This document shows, one piece after another, positions 43,471 through 55,883 of a stretch of DNA of 64,000 bases. Origin of the DNA: Folioceros fuciformis (taxonomy: Eukaryota). Each line of letters opens with the position of its first letter. Positions within the stretch are counted from its first letter, which is position 1. The stretch covers positions 486,040 to 550,039 of the forward strand of contig JBNGIO010006316.1 in NCBI GenBank assembly GCA_049999805.1, given 5' to 3'. A model generated the notes under the pieces. That model had not been told where the DNA came from. It did not search any database and saw only the letters and a program-made list of their open reading frames with translations. A program made the translations under genes and the position numbers.

Positions 43471-44564
43471 GCCGTGGAGCGCGATGACACTGGCCCGGAA
43501 GCTCGATCACATGTGCAGATCTGACAGCAAACTCCTCTATTTCATTCCCGCCATGGCCCGTACGACACCCGCTTTCCGCATCTCGAAAGTCGGAGGTACG
43601 GGTGACGTTGAGGCAGATGCCGATGCTGCCTGCCGGCCTGCGCGCGCGTTCCCACGCACAACGCGGCGATGCTTCTTCCCCAACCACTGCGCCGGGTCGA
43701 GGCAGATCCAACGTCGACCGCTTCAGCCTCTATAGGCAACCGAGTTGGACACTCCGCAACGCTTGGCGCACGCTTTGTTGTCGACGGCAGCTTGCGGCCT
43801 TCAAAAGCTCAGCCCCTTGCGCGCCTGCACTTTCGAAGGCCGGGAAAGGACAGGCACGCAGAGTTGCCAGAGATGGATGGGGTCAGGATTGGTGCGGATA
43901 GAAAGATAGGTGGATTGGAGCAAAGAGAGCGCGCTGTGGCTGGCCAGGCCAGCGATGCTGGGCCAGTGTAGGAAAAACTGGTTTGCGCTATGTGTGCACC
44001 TGATCCCTCACAGCGGGAGAGGCGGGGCCTGGATGCATGCCAGTAATAAGTGCCAGAAGGCTAGCACACCTTGCTCTCACGAGGCTGCAGGTTGCCGATG
44101 GTTGTGTGCCTAATAATATGCGCTTCCCCCTCGATCGAGCCTTTGCGGACACAGCATCTGGGCTCGCGGCAGTGAAGATTTTACAAACTAGGGGCGGTTG
44201 GGACCTGTCGGGCACACCAAGTGGTCCAGGAGACCAGAAATAGGCGGGCTCGGCGCGCAGTGTGAGGCCGCTCCTCCTATCACTCGCTCCGCATTCTGTT
44301 CAGTCGACCACCCCGGGAATAGAGGAAGGGAGGCAGGGCATAGCATCTTCGCAATTGTGAGGCGGCCACTGCAAGCTCATCGGCCCGGGGTCGTGCGGGA
44401 CGTGGCTTCACGTCTGTGCTCCACAGTCTCCTTCCTGCCTGGAGCACTGCGACTCTGGGAGTGAAGAACGAAGGGAGGGAAGTGGGAAGGAGGTGGTCTT
44501 TGTATAAGCATATGTATTGTTGTACCTTTACATAACTAACGACTGTAGCAAGTCAAGCTGTTTT

Positions 44565-44572
44565 TAGGGTTT
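44565..44572 (-). promoter_or_regulatory. Telo-box (AAACCCTA) upstream of the methyltransferase gene
   Basis: Exact TAGGGTTT on +, 50-120 bp before the candidate start codons. Confidence 0.4.
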
Positions 44573-44623
44573 GCCATTAGCCTAGGTGGAAGATAAGCCA
44601 AGATTGAGATACAGACCAAGAGA

Positions 44624-46220
44624 ATGTTCCATCCCGCTCGTCTTCCTTGCCGACCTCGTGACTGCCTATCTTTTGCTCCCGAGGTCGCTTCCATGATTGA
44701 AGCAATGACGGGACTGAAGTCAGAACAGGAATCGGATTCCGAGTTGCAAGCAGGGCGATCGCCATCGGGTGAAATTCAGGCTTGCATGCGGCTGCTCTCC
44801 ATTCGCACGCGCCTCAAGGCCGCTGAAGTCTCCAGGCAGGGGCTGGCCGGCGAGGAGGGATCCCGCTCGCCCAAGCCCCTGGCATCCAGCTCCAAGGATG
44901 TGGGAATTGGAACTGCAGCTGAGGAAAATGTGGCCAGGCCGCTGGCACTGGAGCTTCTCGAGTCCTTGTATCGAGATCATCCTGGGCCAGTCTGGCGAGT
45001 ATCACTCTCCATCACCGTTGAGCCCTGAATTTCCTTCACCTTTTCCTCGCCTTGTTTGGTATAACCGAGTCCAGGGGGCGTGGAGGTTGGTGATGGCGTG
45101 CTCGCAAATGCTTGCAGGCCGCAAGTCGCAACGCCGTGGGTAAGGTGGAGAACGGCAAGTACTTAATATACGGAGAGGTGATCACCTGGCTGGACTCCCC
45201 CCCCTGGTAACATCATTGGGGACTTGCTGTAGCTCACAAGATGTCTTGACAGCATTCCGCAGGTCAGTTTTGTTGCCTTTGCCAGGTTGCTCGACCAATT
45301 CGTGGATTTGGTAAAGCGCAACGGTGAATGTCGTCCGGGGTTTACGTTCTACGATCTCGGATGCGGTTCGGGTCGCCCAGTGTTCATGACAGCGTTATTG
45401 AGCGCTGATTGCGTCAAGGCCTGTGGCATCGAGATTGTTCCAGGTCTGTTCTGGAGCTTCATGAAGCTCACTTTCAGCTTAAGGGAAAATTGCTCATTTG
45501 TTCTTTTCTAACACTGTTACCAAAATGTGATGTAGGCATCCATCAGATGAACCGAGCGCTGTTGCGACTGTACGACCTGGAGGCAATACGTCTATCCCAC
45601 ACCCCCTGCCCTCGGCACGCCCGCGTTATCCATGCTAATCTCTCTGCGTGCTCCAGGTTCGTCCATTGCTGCAACCCCGGAAGCAAAAACAAGAGATATC
45701 GTTTTTGCAAGGGGATTTCCTCAAGGTGACTAAAATTTCTGAACACTTCTTCTGCTACTCCCGCATGTATCCTCCTCTGCTGGGTGCTTACAGGACCGCG
45801 GCTGCTGTCGCTGCAGATTGACTGGTCTGATGCTGACATAATCTTCACCAACGCCACCTGCTTTGAAGACCCTCTCTTCCAGGACCTGGAGGTATGTGTC
45901 CTCAGGCGCCCATACCCACCTTTTCATCCCCATGAAAATATCACATGGAGGATTGACCGTGGCCCTTCCTTCCTGCAGAACTTGGCTACTCAGGTTCTCC
46001 GACCTGGTGCCCTCGTCATTTCTGTGACACGGTACTTCACTGGGAGTGACTGGGAGCTGCTCGACAAACAGGAGAGGAGAATGAGCTGGGCTTCCGCATT
46101 TGTCTATGTTCAAAGGAAGAAGGGGTATCGAATCTGACCAAACGGGTTTTGGGTACGAGGGCGCAGCTATTCCCTGGATGTCATCTTCTCACGCTTTTCT
46201 CACCCTTTCCTTTCAGATAG
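44624..46220 (+). CDS. Class I SAM-dependent methyltransferase, DOT1-like
   Basis: Spliced exons give LIYGEV, FYDLGCGSGRPV, ACGIEIVPG, FLQGDFL, DWSDADIIFTNATCF, LRPGALVISVT and MSWASAFVYVQRK. Start is 44624 or 44693; stop is 46137 (unspliced) or 46220 (spliced). Confidence 0.75.
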
Positions 46221-46435
46221 GCCGTCAGCTGCATCAGCCCACGGCGGAAGATCTCGAGTAGTAGGGACAAAGTCCAATTTGGCTCTGTTTGTCGCTTTCT
46301 CGCTTCACAGCTTTGAGGGAACAGAGCAGGGCCTGCAAGCGCAATTGTTCCAGCACGTAACGGACGGACTATTTGTGGTTTGCGGACGGGAGGTAGCTTT
46401 CGTGAAGTTATCTCTCCTACAACAACTGCGTTGTG

Positions 46436-49400
46436 TCAAATGCTTGAACTGCAAAGGTCGAATAGGAAGAAGGATTTGAACCTGGGAAGTCGAAAATACG
46501 ATCTCAAACCTGGATGGAAAGCTTGGTATCTAGTCTTCCAATCTATATCATGCAAGAGATGCTCATATGCTTTCATCTGGACCCTCAAATTTTCGTTCTC
46601 TTCTGTGACCTGAAAAGAGAGCTGCGTCAATCTTTGAACTACGCGATCATTGCACGCACGGAAATGGCTATGACTGGCACCTTACTAGGTCACAGTAGTC
46701 TACAACTTCTTCTAGCGTTGCCTGTATGAGTGCCGGTGCACTGCTTGTCTCATCCTGTCGGTAGGAGGGGGCCCTGACGTCTGGTTGGTGAACGGTGGAC
46801 TTTTCAGTCATGAGCATCGTGCGGATCTCTGCTAAAGCGGTGGTGAGTAGGCCTGTGTCCACGTCGGAGTGTGCTTTCCTCTTTGGAATAATCTCTTCAT
46901 GGGCAATCATCTCGTTGACAGCAGAACATAATTGTTCCAGCATGTCATAGTTGCTTTTTGGGTGCATCTGCAGAGTAAGGGACATACATCTACCACGTCA
47001 GCTGTAAGGTTGTGAATGTCAACAAGCAACGCTCACGCATCACAGACATTGTCGAAAGTGTGCGAGTACTCCACCATTGCCTTGCTGCTACTCAAATCTG
47101 ATGGACAGGTGCTGAGAGGAGAGAGATTTTGTGGAGCTCTATTATCTGCGTTTTCCTCTAGATATAGTCAGATATTAACGAGAGTAGTGAAACAACCGGA
47201 GCTCGGCTTTTTTTGGAAGGAGGCATACCTTCAGTTAGAGAGCGCAGGCGAGCATTCAGGAGAAGAACTTGACTCCGTAGTTGGTCACATTCAAGTCCAG
47301 ATCTCTCTAGAAGTTGCTCCAACTCGTGCCTTCCTCTTTCAGTGTTGATGACGGGTCTGTTCTTGATCTGCTTTGCTCTATCAACCCACATCACAGGAAC
47401 AAAACACGGTCTGATGCTAAAAGCCCGGGAATACCTCGAGCCTACAGGTGTCTCCCAGCTGCTTATTGGGAAAATATGCTGTACTTTGTGAGGAATTTGC
47501 TACCTCGTCCCAAATCTCAGAGTGGATAGAGTCTCAGCAGCGTTGCACGAGCTGGGTGAGCAACAGCACAATAAGGTTGTCCGTGAGTTTCCACCCTGCA
47601 AGCGCAAATAGTCAGCAAGTCTGTCTCTGCTATAGCGGCACTAAGAAGGTTACTTGCAGGAAAGATAACCGACTTACAAGTGACTCTTGAAGTATACGCG
47701 TCAACTTGGAATCACGGTATGGTACATGGCTTGTTTTACCTACGGGGCGAGCGATCAAGAGTTGCCCAATGTTTGCCCGGTGCTGGACACTAGCAAGCAG
47801 CGTATCAGGAAGGTTTTACCGGAAGTTAACGCATTTATCACGTTTCCAAGGGAGGAAAGTGATTTGTTGATGGTCTTCGCTTCATCAAGGAGCTTCCCTT
47901 CGGCACCTGTTTTGCCTAGTTTTTCTGAGCCAGCGAGATCCACAAGGAAAATCTTCCCTCGTTTCAAGCTGGTCTCAGGGATTGGGTTAGACATGATGTG
48001 GCCAACGTTGACCGCGAAAGAGCAGCAGGTGTAGCCAGACGCGGCTCACCTTTGATTTTCAGTATTTCGTTGTTCGATCGTGAAGAGGAAGACACAGTGG
48101 CTTCTGCTGCTTCCGGGATTCATTTCTACAGATCGGCTCAAGGCGACAGCAACTTATCGCGCGTAACATTTCAAACCACTGGGATGCAGGACCCATTTTG
48201 TGATTGGATACGGGTTGCGCCAACAGCTCTATTCGCTATCCCGACCTGGTAAACACATCGATGGCCTATGAGTGAAGCCAAAAACTACCGGACAAGCAGC
48301 CAGAAACTACTGAACAAGCCAGGTCTAATCAGAATGTCAACCAGGGAATGGCTTGCATGTTCCACCTCGAGAAGCAGAAGCACCTCTTGCTCCGTTTGCA
48401 CATATTTCTGCATTGCACATTCCAAATATATCATTAGCCAAGGGCTGGGTTTCAGATGACGACAATCCAAAGTGTTACGAAACTTGAAACTCATGAAGAG
48501 GATCTGCATCATTAGAGTGAACCTCGGTGGCACCAGCTACGTGAACGCCATGTGCTTTGTCTTCCTTAACTTGGAGATTGTCTTTTGTGATGTCAAACAG
48601 ATCCCTTGTTTGTGAAGAGCGGCGAAGCAAGATGAACAAAAAAGGTGCCTCTTTGTAGGGGTTCAAAGCTTGCAAAACAGTAGGGGTAAGATCTGAGGCT
48701 TTTATCACCTGATCCGCTCCATATAGATCTCCACCTGTATGACGGGGTCAGGCAGTTACAAGGATTGAAAGGAAATCATCACTAGGTTGAGAGTGATTTG
48801 ATCTTTCCCCAGATTCACCTACCACAGATAACTTGATGAAGAACTCGTATGGACCCTCAGCATCTGCAATGAGCTTAAAAATTGTTTCAACCACCCTGGG
48901 TAACATGCCCTTAAGGTGAAGGTCCCCAGCTAGGAGATTCGGGCCCTGATGCAGACATTGTTCTGCAATGTGAGTTGACAATGCCAGCCAGCACTGCAGC
49001 AGAAAGTTCCCACCAGACTCTCGGCTAGACTCTCACATTCTTTCAGCTACCTTGCTATGGTATAAGTATGGAACCTGCAAATTACCTCCATGCTGTGCGT
49101 TTTTCCAGTCCCCGTCTGCATGACAGATGTACAGGTAAGGTGGCAAGAACCTACAATAAGTTGTCTGTACAACGAATGGAGAGACTGGATTAATACCTGA
49201 CCATACGCAAGGATTGTCCCGTTCACAGCATTCATAGCGTCTGCGAAATAGAGCATAGCAAACGCCACAAGGTCAAGCTCATTATGGCCGATAACTGCGG
49301 CCAGCGAAAATCCTGGCCCAAACTGCGGAGGTAACAATCATGAGGTGGATTACCTTTGACAATGGGCAAAGCAACGAATTCAAACACTTCGGCTTGCGTT

Positions 49401-49667
49401 GAGCCATCGTAGAAAATTCTGTCAAATGAGAAAGCGACTTCTCCTTCTCTTTCATCCTGCACCAAACAATCAGCCAAGCTCCAATCGAAGAACAACAACC
49501 AAAAAACTGTCCCTCCTACTAGGGGAACTCGCGGAGGAGGCAACGACAGCATTTACATTGAACATGATCGTTTCGGCATGTACTCCCTGCACGCAAGTAG
49601 ATCCTCCCTCCTGGATTTCCCTCCGATTGACGGGCCTGAACCTCACACAGACTGTGACATTCGACAT
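46436..49667 (-). CDS. PSS1: Kinesin-1 family motor, plant PSS1/KIN1 type
   Basis: [38 protein letters not shown] (P-loop), [35 protein letters not shown] and [11 protein letters not shown], with a short C-terminal tail as in PSS1. Confidence 0.88.
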
Positions 49668-52600
49668 TTTCCAGAAGCTTTATCAGCTGTCCGATGGCGA
49701 CGCTGTGGGAGCTGCCAGAAGGAGGGATCCCGGATCAGAACACGAATGGCATGCAGCCTGTTCTTGTATCACACCAGTAGCAACATGCACAATCGCAGGT
49801 GTATTTCAGAGCGTGTGTAGCGTTCAGATCCTCCCAACTAACTGCCGATGACGCTGAGCATCCGTGATATACCGCACGACGAAATTCAACACACCGAGAG
49901 CGGAGGAGCCAAGCACTCTTGAGCTTGTGATGATCCGCCTTGTTCCAGCTGAGATTCGGCAGAGTGAGACGCGTAGGTGAGTTCGCCCGAAACTCTGAAC
50001 CTTCGGGGCCCGAGTCGTGAGCGCTAAAACGACGTGTGTTTTCAAATTTTGTTGTGTTCGCTTTGAGCGACCGCACAGTCTCGCGTGCATGGATGACAAA
50101 TGCTGAGGGGTCCTCTTTCTTCCAGGTAGTCGGAATCACAAGGCTCACAAGGTTTTCCGGTGATGATGCTGCCAAGTTGTGTGAACGTACTCTGCCTCGA
50201 GAAAAGGGATGAAGTCTGATCTCATCAGGAGACCGAAAAGGGATGGTTGGTACCTTCCAGGCATGGCAAGGACAGAGGGGGCCAGAGCAATCATCTGACA
50301 GTCCGTGTGACGATGGCGCAGTGGGTGCCCGGTCCATTTCTCCTAGGGTGCTGCCGTAAATCCTTTGTGTGGGGATGAGGCCCGAGGGGTTAGGTTCTAC
50401 AGAATGTCTTTTCCCCTTGTGCCAGGAGGCCAGTTTTTCCTACACGTGTATGAGCACTAGGGTAGCTGTGTCTTGCAGTAGATGGTAGAATGGCTACGAT
50501 GTATGTACTGTGAAGGAGCGTCATGTGCTCGACTGTGACACATGAGCAGAACAGAAGGGTGAGAGGTGCCGGAGCCCAGCTGGCCTGTTCAATGTTGTCC
50601 AGTTTTGTCCAGTTTAGTACCTTTGCGGACGTTGTCCACCACCACCACCTGCTCGCCGCACTTGTGCGTTGTGCACATTGGAGGAGTGACAACCCGCAGC
50701 GGTCCTTACTAATCTGTGGCCTTGGGGGAAGGCCTCCATGTGGAAGATGGGACAGCGCAGGGAATTCATTGCCCAAGCAAGGGTCCTAGTCACCAGTGTC
50801 CCTTCAACCAGCGTGCAAGCGAGGCGAAGAATCTCTCTCCATCAGTCAGTCACAGTGCACCTGGTTTGGAGTCCCTGGTCGTGAGCTGTAGCGCACAAGA
50901 GCAGATTACGAGCGATAAGCGAAATGATGTAAATCGAGCACTGCCAGGTGTAGCATCCTGTGCTCGTGACCAAGATCAGGTTCATGCACCGGGGCACAAA
51001 CTTGGCGTGTCCAACAGGCGCAATTTGTCTGGGCCTAGGGTGCGGGGTAGTTTAGCATATCCTCATTCATGAAAGTGAGTTTCGTCTAAAGTGGCTCCTT
51101 TGCAAGAAGAATCTTGGGAAAGTTTGAACACAATTTGCGATTCGACAGTGGAGCAGGCATATACAGTATGTATGTGCCTTTAGTATGTAGGAAGCAATAT
51201 TGTTTAGAGGTTGTTGGTCTGACGGGCTGTCCCCCCTATTTCCCGTTGCAGGTTGTGGTTAAGGATGCTGGGTGAAGTCGAAATGGGAGTGGAGTTTTCC
51301 TAGTGATGGGATGATGGTGGTGATGGATATTTGCTATGTATGATGAAGTTGTGAGTTTGACCGTCTTGTGATTTGAAATAGATAGCGTGTAGATGAGTGC
51401 AGCACCAGCAGGAGCAGAAGGAGCGGAAGTCGTTGAGGTGGCGGGCTCTGATCTGGGTGTGTGTGGGATGGGAAGAGGGCAGCAGCAGTAGGAGATCCAG
51501 GACCAGTAGCGGTAGCTGTACCAGCGTGCATGGATGTACATTGAGGAACAGGAGCAGGCCAAGGGAGTAAAAAATGAAATCCAATGATGTGAGAGACTGT
51601 GGCAGCGTTGGTGGTTGGTGTGGTGGTTGTCTGATGGTTATGTGAGGCCGGGGCCCGGGCCCTGGCTGGCCCTGGCCCTGGCCGGCCTCGAAACTATCGA
51701 AGGTGAAGACGGCAGCAGACACACGCTTCGAAAAGGGGTGCGAGGGACGGATGTCTTTTCCACTGCTTGGGTTATGGGGCAGGCTCTAGGGCTATGAAGT
51801 GGGAAGTGGTATGAAAACCGGAGGAGGAGGAAAGGGAATTGGTGGGGAATTACAGAAGAGGGACAAGTCTTGGGGTGGAGTAGTGGAGGCTGATGACTAT
51901 CATGGCGCCGTCCTCACATGTGAAGGCAACGGAGTGTGCTACAGTGAGGCTGACTGTTTGCTTTTCTTGGCAAGGCAAGGCTGGTCCATGAGCAAGGGCA
52001 TGGAGGGCATGGTGGAATGAGGCACACAGAGAACGTGGCTTTGGTGCAGCAGATCACATACAATGTTGCACGTTGGTCTGTGGGCATCTGGCTCCGGAGG
52101 CCATGCCGTGGGATTGTGATGAGCAGGCAGGGTGGCACTGCTGGGAGTGATGCGTTTTGTGGATGACAGGGGTGGAGCAAGGGCTGGGAGGTGGATTGGA
52201 GGCTGGGCCCAAAAATATCCGGCGGTTGATGGGTGTTGTGGTAAGTTGGGAAGCTAGGGAGCGGAAGGGAGCGGGGGTATCGGGATTTGAAGGCTTGCCA
52301 GTGTGCGGGGCCCTCCTGAGACCCCGTTTGTCGCCTGGTCGACCAATGGGTAAATATACAATATCCGGCTGCAGCTCTGCTCTGGTGTGCCCTGCCCTGT
52401 CCCGGGTGGAGAGCTCTGACAGACAGTCCGACTGAGACCAGTGTCAGAGTTTATGAGAGGCTGTGATGTGATGATACTGAAGGTCCAGGCCAGGTCCAGG
52501 TCCAAGTCTTCCCAGTTTGTGATTCATCGGCGGGCCTGGTGCCTGGAGCCTGGAGCCTGGGGTTGTGGGACTGTGCGGCTGTGCGGCGTTGGTGTTTGGC

Positions 52601-53359
52601 AGCTTTGGCTTTGCCTTTGGCTGGCTTGGGAAGACCGTTGCCATGGTGTAGCGGAGGATCTGGATACACCGAGGCGAGGAGGTTGATTTATGTTAGTTGG
52701 CACATGGGAATAGAGGGGCGGCACGGCGTCCTGGCCTACAGCTCCTCGGCGGCCTTGTGCTGATGAGCTGTGATTATTCCCTTCACAATGTGACCGGTGA
52801 CCGTTCTGGCCAACTGACGCCATTGGCATGGCCGCTGGGAGACGCGGGGGAGAGATAGAGAGAGAGTGGCTGCGGCGGAAAGGGAGAAGGGCAAAGGCGG
52901 GGGTGTGTGTTGTGTGCTGCATGCTGTGTGCTGTGTGCGGCTGCAGTGGGCTGTAGTGCACGGTGGCCCCCGTGATTCCATGCTTCCTCCGGCTGTCCTA
53001 CTTTATCGTAGGGGCGACGGCAACCACTCCCGTCTTCGTCTTTGTCTTCGTCTTCCACTCTTTCACATGTTTCCGTTGTACGCCTACACATGGGGTTGTG
53101 AGTCATTTACGACTTCCCTCGGTAATGTACATCAATACTTTTACAATGGGATTCATTCTATTCGATTAGGTTACGAAAATAAATCTAGTCTAGTTTCGTC
53201 AAGTATGTCAAACGCTTCTTTTTAGGACATCATAGTTAGAGCGAATTCTTTTTCTATCTATTTAGCTTGGAGATGAGTGGATCACATAATATCACCTCAT
53301 CCAATGCATGGGAGAATAGAATATCTTCATTCATAGTCATGGAAGTGCAACGAGAGAGA

Positions 53360-53472
53360 TTTGTGACAACTTTGTTTGAATCCAAGCAAGTCTCATAATA
53401 ACAATCGCATTCATATTTTTGTGACAACTTTGTTTGAATCCAAGCAAGTCTCATAGTAACAATCGCATTCAT
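53360..53472. repeat. Near-perfect 55-bp direct repeat (58-bp period) inside an AT-rich segment of about 1 kb (53.1-54.1 kb)
   Basis: tttgtgacaactttgtttgaatccaagcaagtctcata[a/g]taacaatcgcattcat occurs twice. A second short tandem (ggatgcgacaacagaacga x2) lies near 53706-53743. Confidence 0.85.
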
Positions 53473-55883
53473 GCTCTTCACAAGGCTTGTGGGAGTTGAA
53501 AGATGAGTGTACTACGTACATATGTCAGTCATCATCACATGTATTGTTTGAGAGGGAAGGAAGCAAGCAAGCACAAAAGAAAGAAGGAAAAGAGGTGATA
53601 CATTCATACCGTACCTCATTTGGAATACAATGACGGAAGATTGTTGGTTTGTCGGCCAGACGAGAACACTATGTACCCTCTCTTTGGATTCTAAATATGA
53701 AGTATGGATGCGACAACAGAACGAGGATGCGACAACAGAACGAGGTCGATTGTTAGAACGAGGTTGATTATTAGACGTAATTTGTTCACTATGAGACATG
53801 CACGTATGCATGTACGTAGCTTGTTTGAGAGTGATGTCGGTTGGGTTGGCTCTTTCTTTGTTGTCATGTTGTTGGTGGATTTGAATTTGTTGGATGAGGT
53901 GATGGCGCAAGCCAAAAGAAAGTTGAAATGTTGTTGGGTGCTTGGATTTTGGTTTGATGGATGCTTGCTTGGATGTTGCTGGTGTGTTGGTACAGCTTTG
54001 CCTTGCGCAATATGTGAAGGTGTCTTCCTTGACAAAGTCATCATCCATGACAAGACGAGCACGCTACTTAGTGGCACTAGCTAGAAATTATGGTGGAGAG
54101 GGAGCTTTGTGGGTGCCACGGCGATGGATAGTTCGTACCTGGAGTTGATTCTTGACTCATACGCACATGGATGATGATGCTGGTGATGTGGCATGATTCG
54201 GGATGAGCAGTAGATAAGTGATGTAGAAAAGGGGAGGCATGGAACGGGAAGGACGCAGGTGGAATCCCGGAGTCCCGGCCTCGGTACAGGAATCTGGAGC
54301 AGGGCAGCAGCGGCATGCAGGCAGGCAGGCAGGCATGATGATTGATGAGGCGCTTGCCGGGTGCCCGGGGATTGAATGTGGGTGGGTGCCTTCATGAGCC
54401 CTCGACCCTCCTTCCCTCCCCTCCCCTCCCCTTGGTGAGGTCTGAGCTCCAGGCTGTTGAAGCCCCCTTTCCCTCGGGCCTCATGAGGGGGCTGGAACTG
54501 GGGCGCGCCGCCAATCAGCAGCCATGCTTGCCGTTGCCAGGGTCATTTTTTAATAACAAATTCCAGCCCGGCCCAAGTTCAGCTTCTGTTTCTACTTCCG
54601 GAGGCTGCAGCTGGGGAGCCGTTGCAACGGCACAATCCCTCTCCCTCCCTGTGTTGTGTGGGTGGCCCGAGGGGAATTGGGATGGAAGCGCGAAACCAAA
54701 CGGCCCCCTTATGTGTATGAATGAAAGCGCGACCGTCGGATGGATGGGCTTGCTTTGCTTGCAAGGCTGATGATGCACGTTGTCTCCCGGGAGCTCGGGC
54801 GGTGGGTCTGGGCGAGTGACAAAACAGAAGAGGGAAACAAGCAAACATTTCCCAAAGACGCCGGCACCGGCCGAGGCGGACTCCGTGTGCCGATTTGCTT
54901 GCCGAAGCCGGAGCCGCTGCTGGTGCCGGCTGACGAGGAGGAAGAGGAGGTGGAGGAGGAGAAGGAGAAAGGAAGGAATGAAAGGCAAGCCAAGGACAGG
55001 GTAGAGCCCAAGGGAAGAGCGGGCGGCAATCTCGGTGCTGAGGTAGCCGGTAGCGAGGCGGCCGCTTTGGGCCGGGTCGCCCAATGTTTATCTCATGCCG
55101 CTGACAGCAAAAGCGAGCGATGGAGGGGTCGGATCGGCTGGCGGAGGAAGCGCGGGAGCCCGATCCGGGCTGCTGCCGGGCTGGCCACCTTGTCCGTCGT
55201 GCCCCCACTCACCCTCGCCTTTGCGCCAAGCCAGCAGAGCAGGGCAGAGCAGACCAGAGCGGAGCGGAGCTGAGCTGGGCCAGCCCCTGGAGCATGTGCC
55301 CTACTCACTCCATCCTGCCCGCCACGTGTCACCCCGGCCCCATTAAAGCCTGTTGCTGCCCGCCTTCATCCGCCCACAAACGCTGCCCGCTGCCCCTCTC
55401 TCTGCTGCCCATACTCCTCCAACTTGGGCTTGCCCCTGATCTTACTCTCCTCTTCCTCCTCTCCTTCTCGCACACTTGCACATTCGCACGCACAAGAGCT
55501 TCAAACACGCACACGCTGCCCTGCCCCCTCTGCTCTGCTCCTCTGCTCTGGTCTGCTCTGTTGCTTCTCCTCTCGTCTCCTCTCCTCTCCTCTCCTCTCG
55601 GGAAACAAAGAGAGAGAGGGAGAGAGAGAGAGTGCGAGAGTAGCCCGTTCCTTCTTCTTCCTCGTCTTCCTCCTCCCTGGCATTTGGCTTCCCTGCTCTG
55701 CGCTCTTCTTCCTTGCGCTCACCGCTGCATTTTTTGCTTCTGCGCGGCCCACCTGCTGCTGCCGCTTGCACGACTCGTGTTGCTGCTGTTTCCTCCTCCT
55801 CCTCCTCATCTTCTTGGGGGGTGCTTCCCTGGGTGGGACAGGGTAGAGCTGTAGACGCAGCCGGAAGGAAAAGCCCGCAAGCC

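Noticed and set aside
54055-54085. Possible Helitron 3' end (short hairpin plus CTAG)
   Set aside because: The hairpin loop is too short and CTAG is not followed by T.
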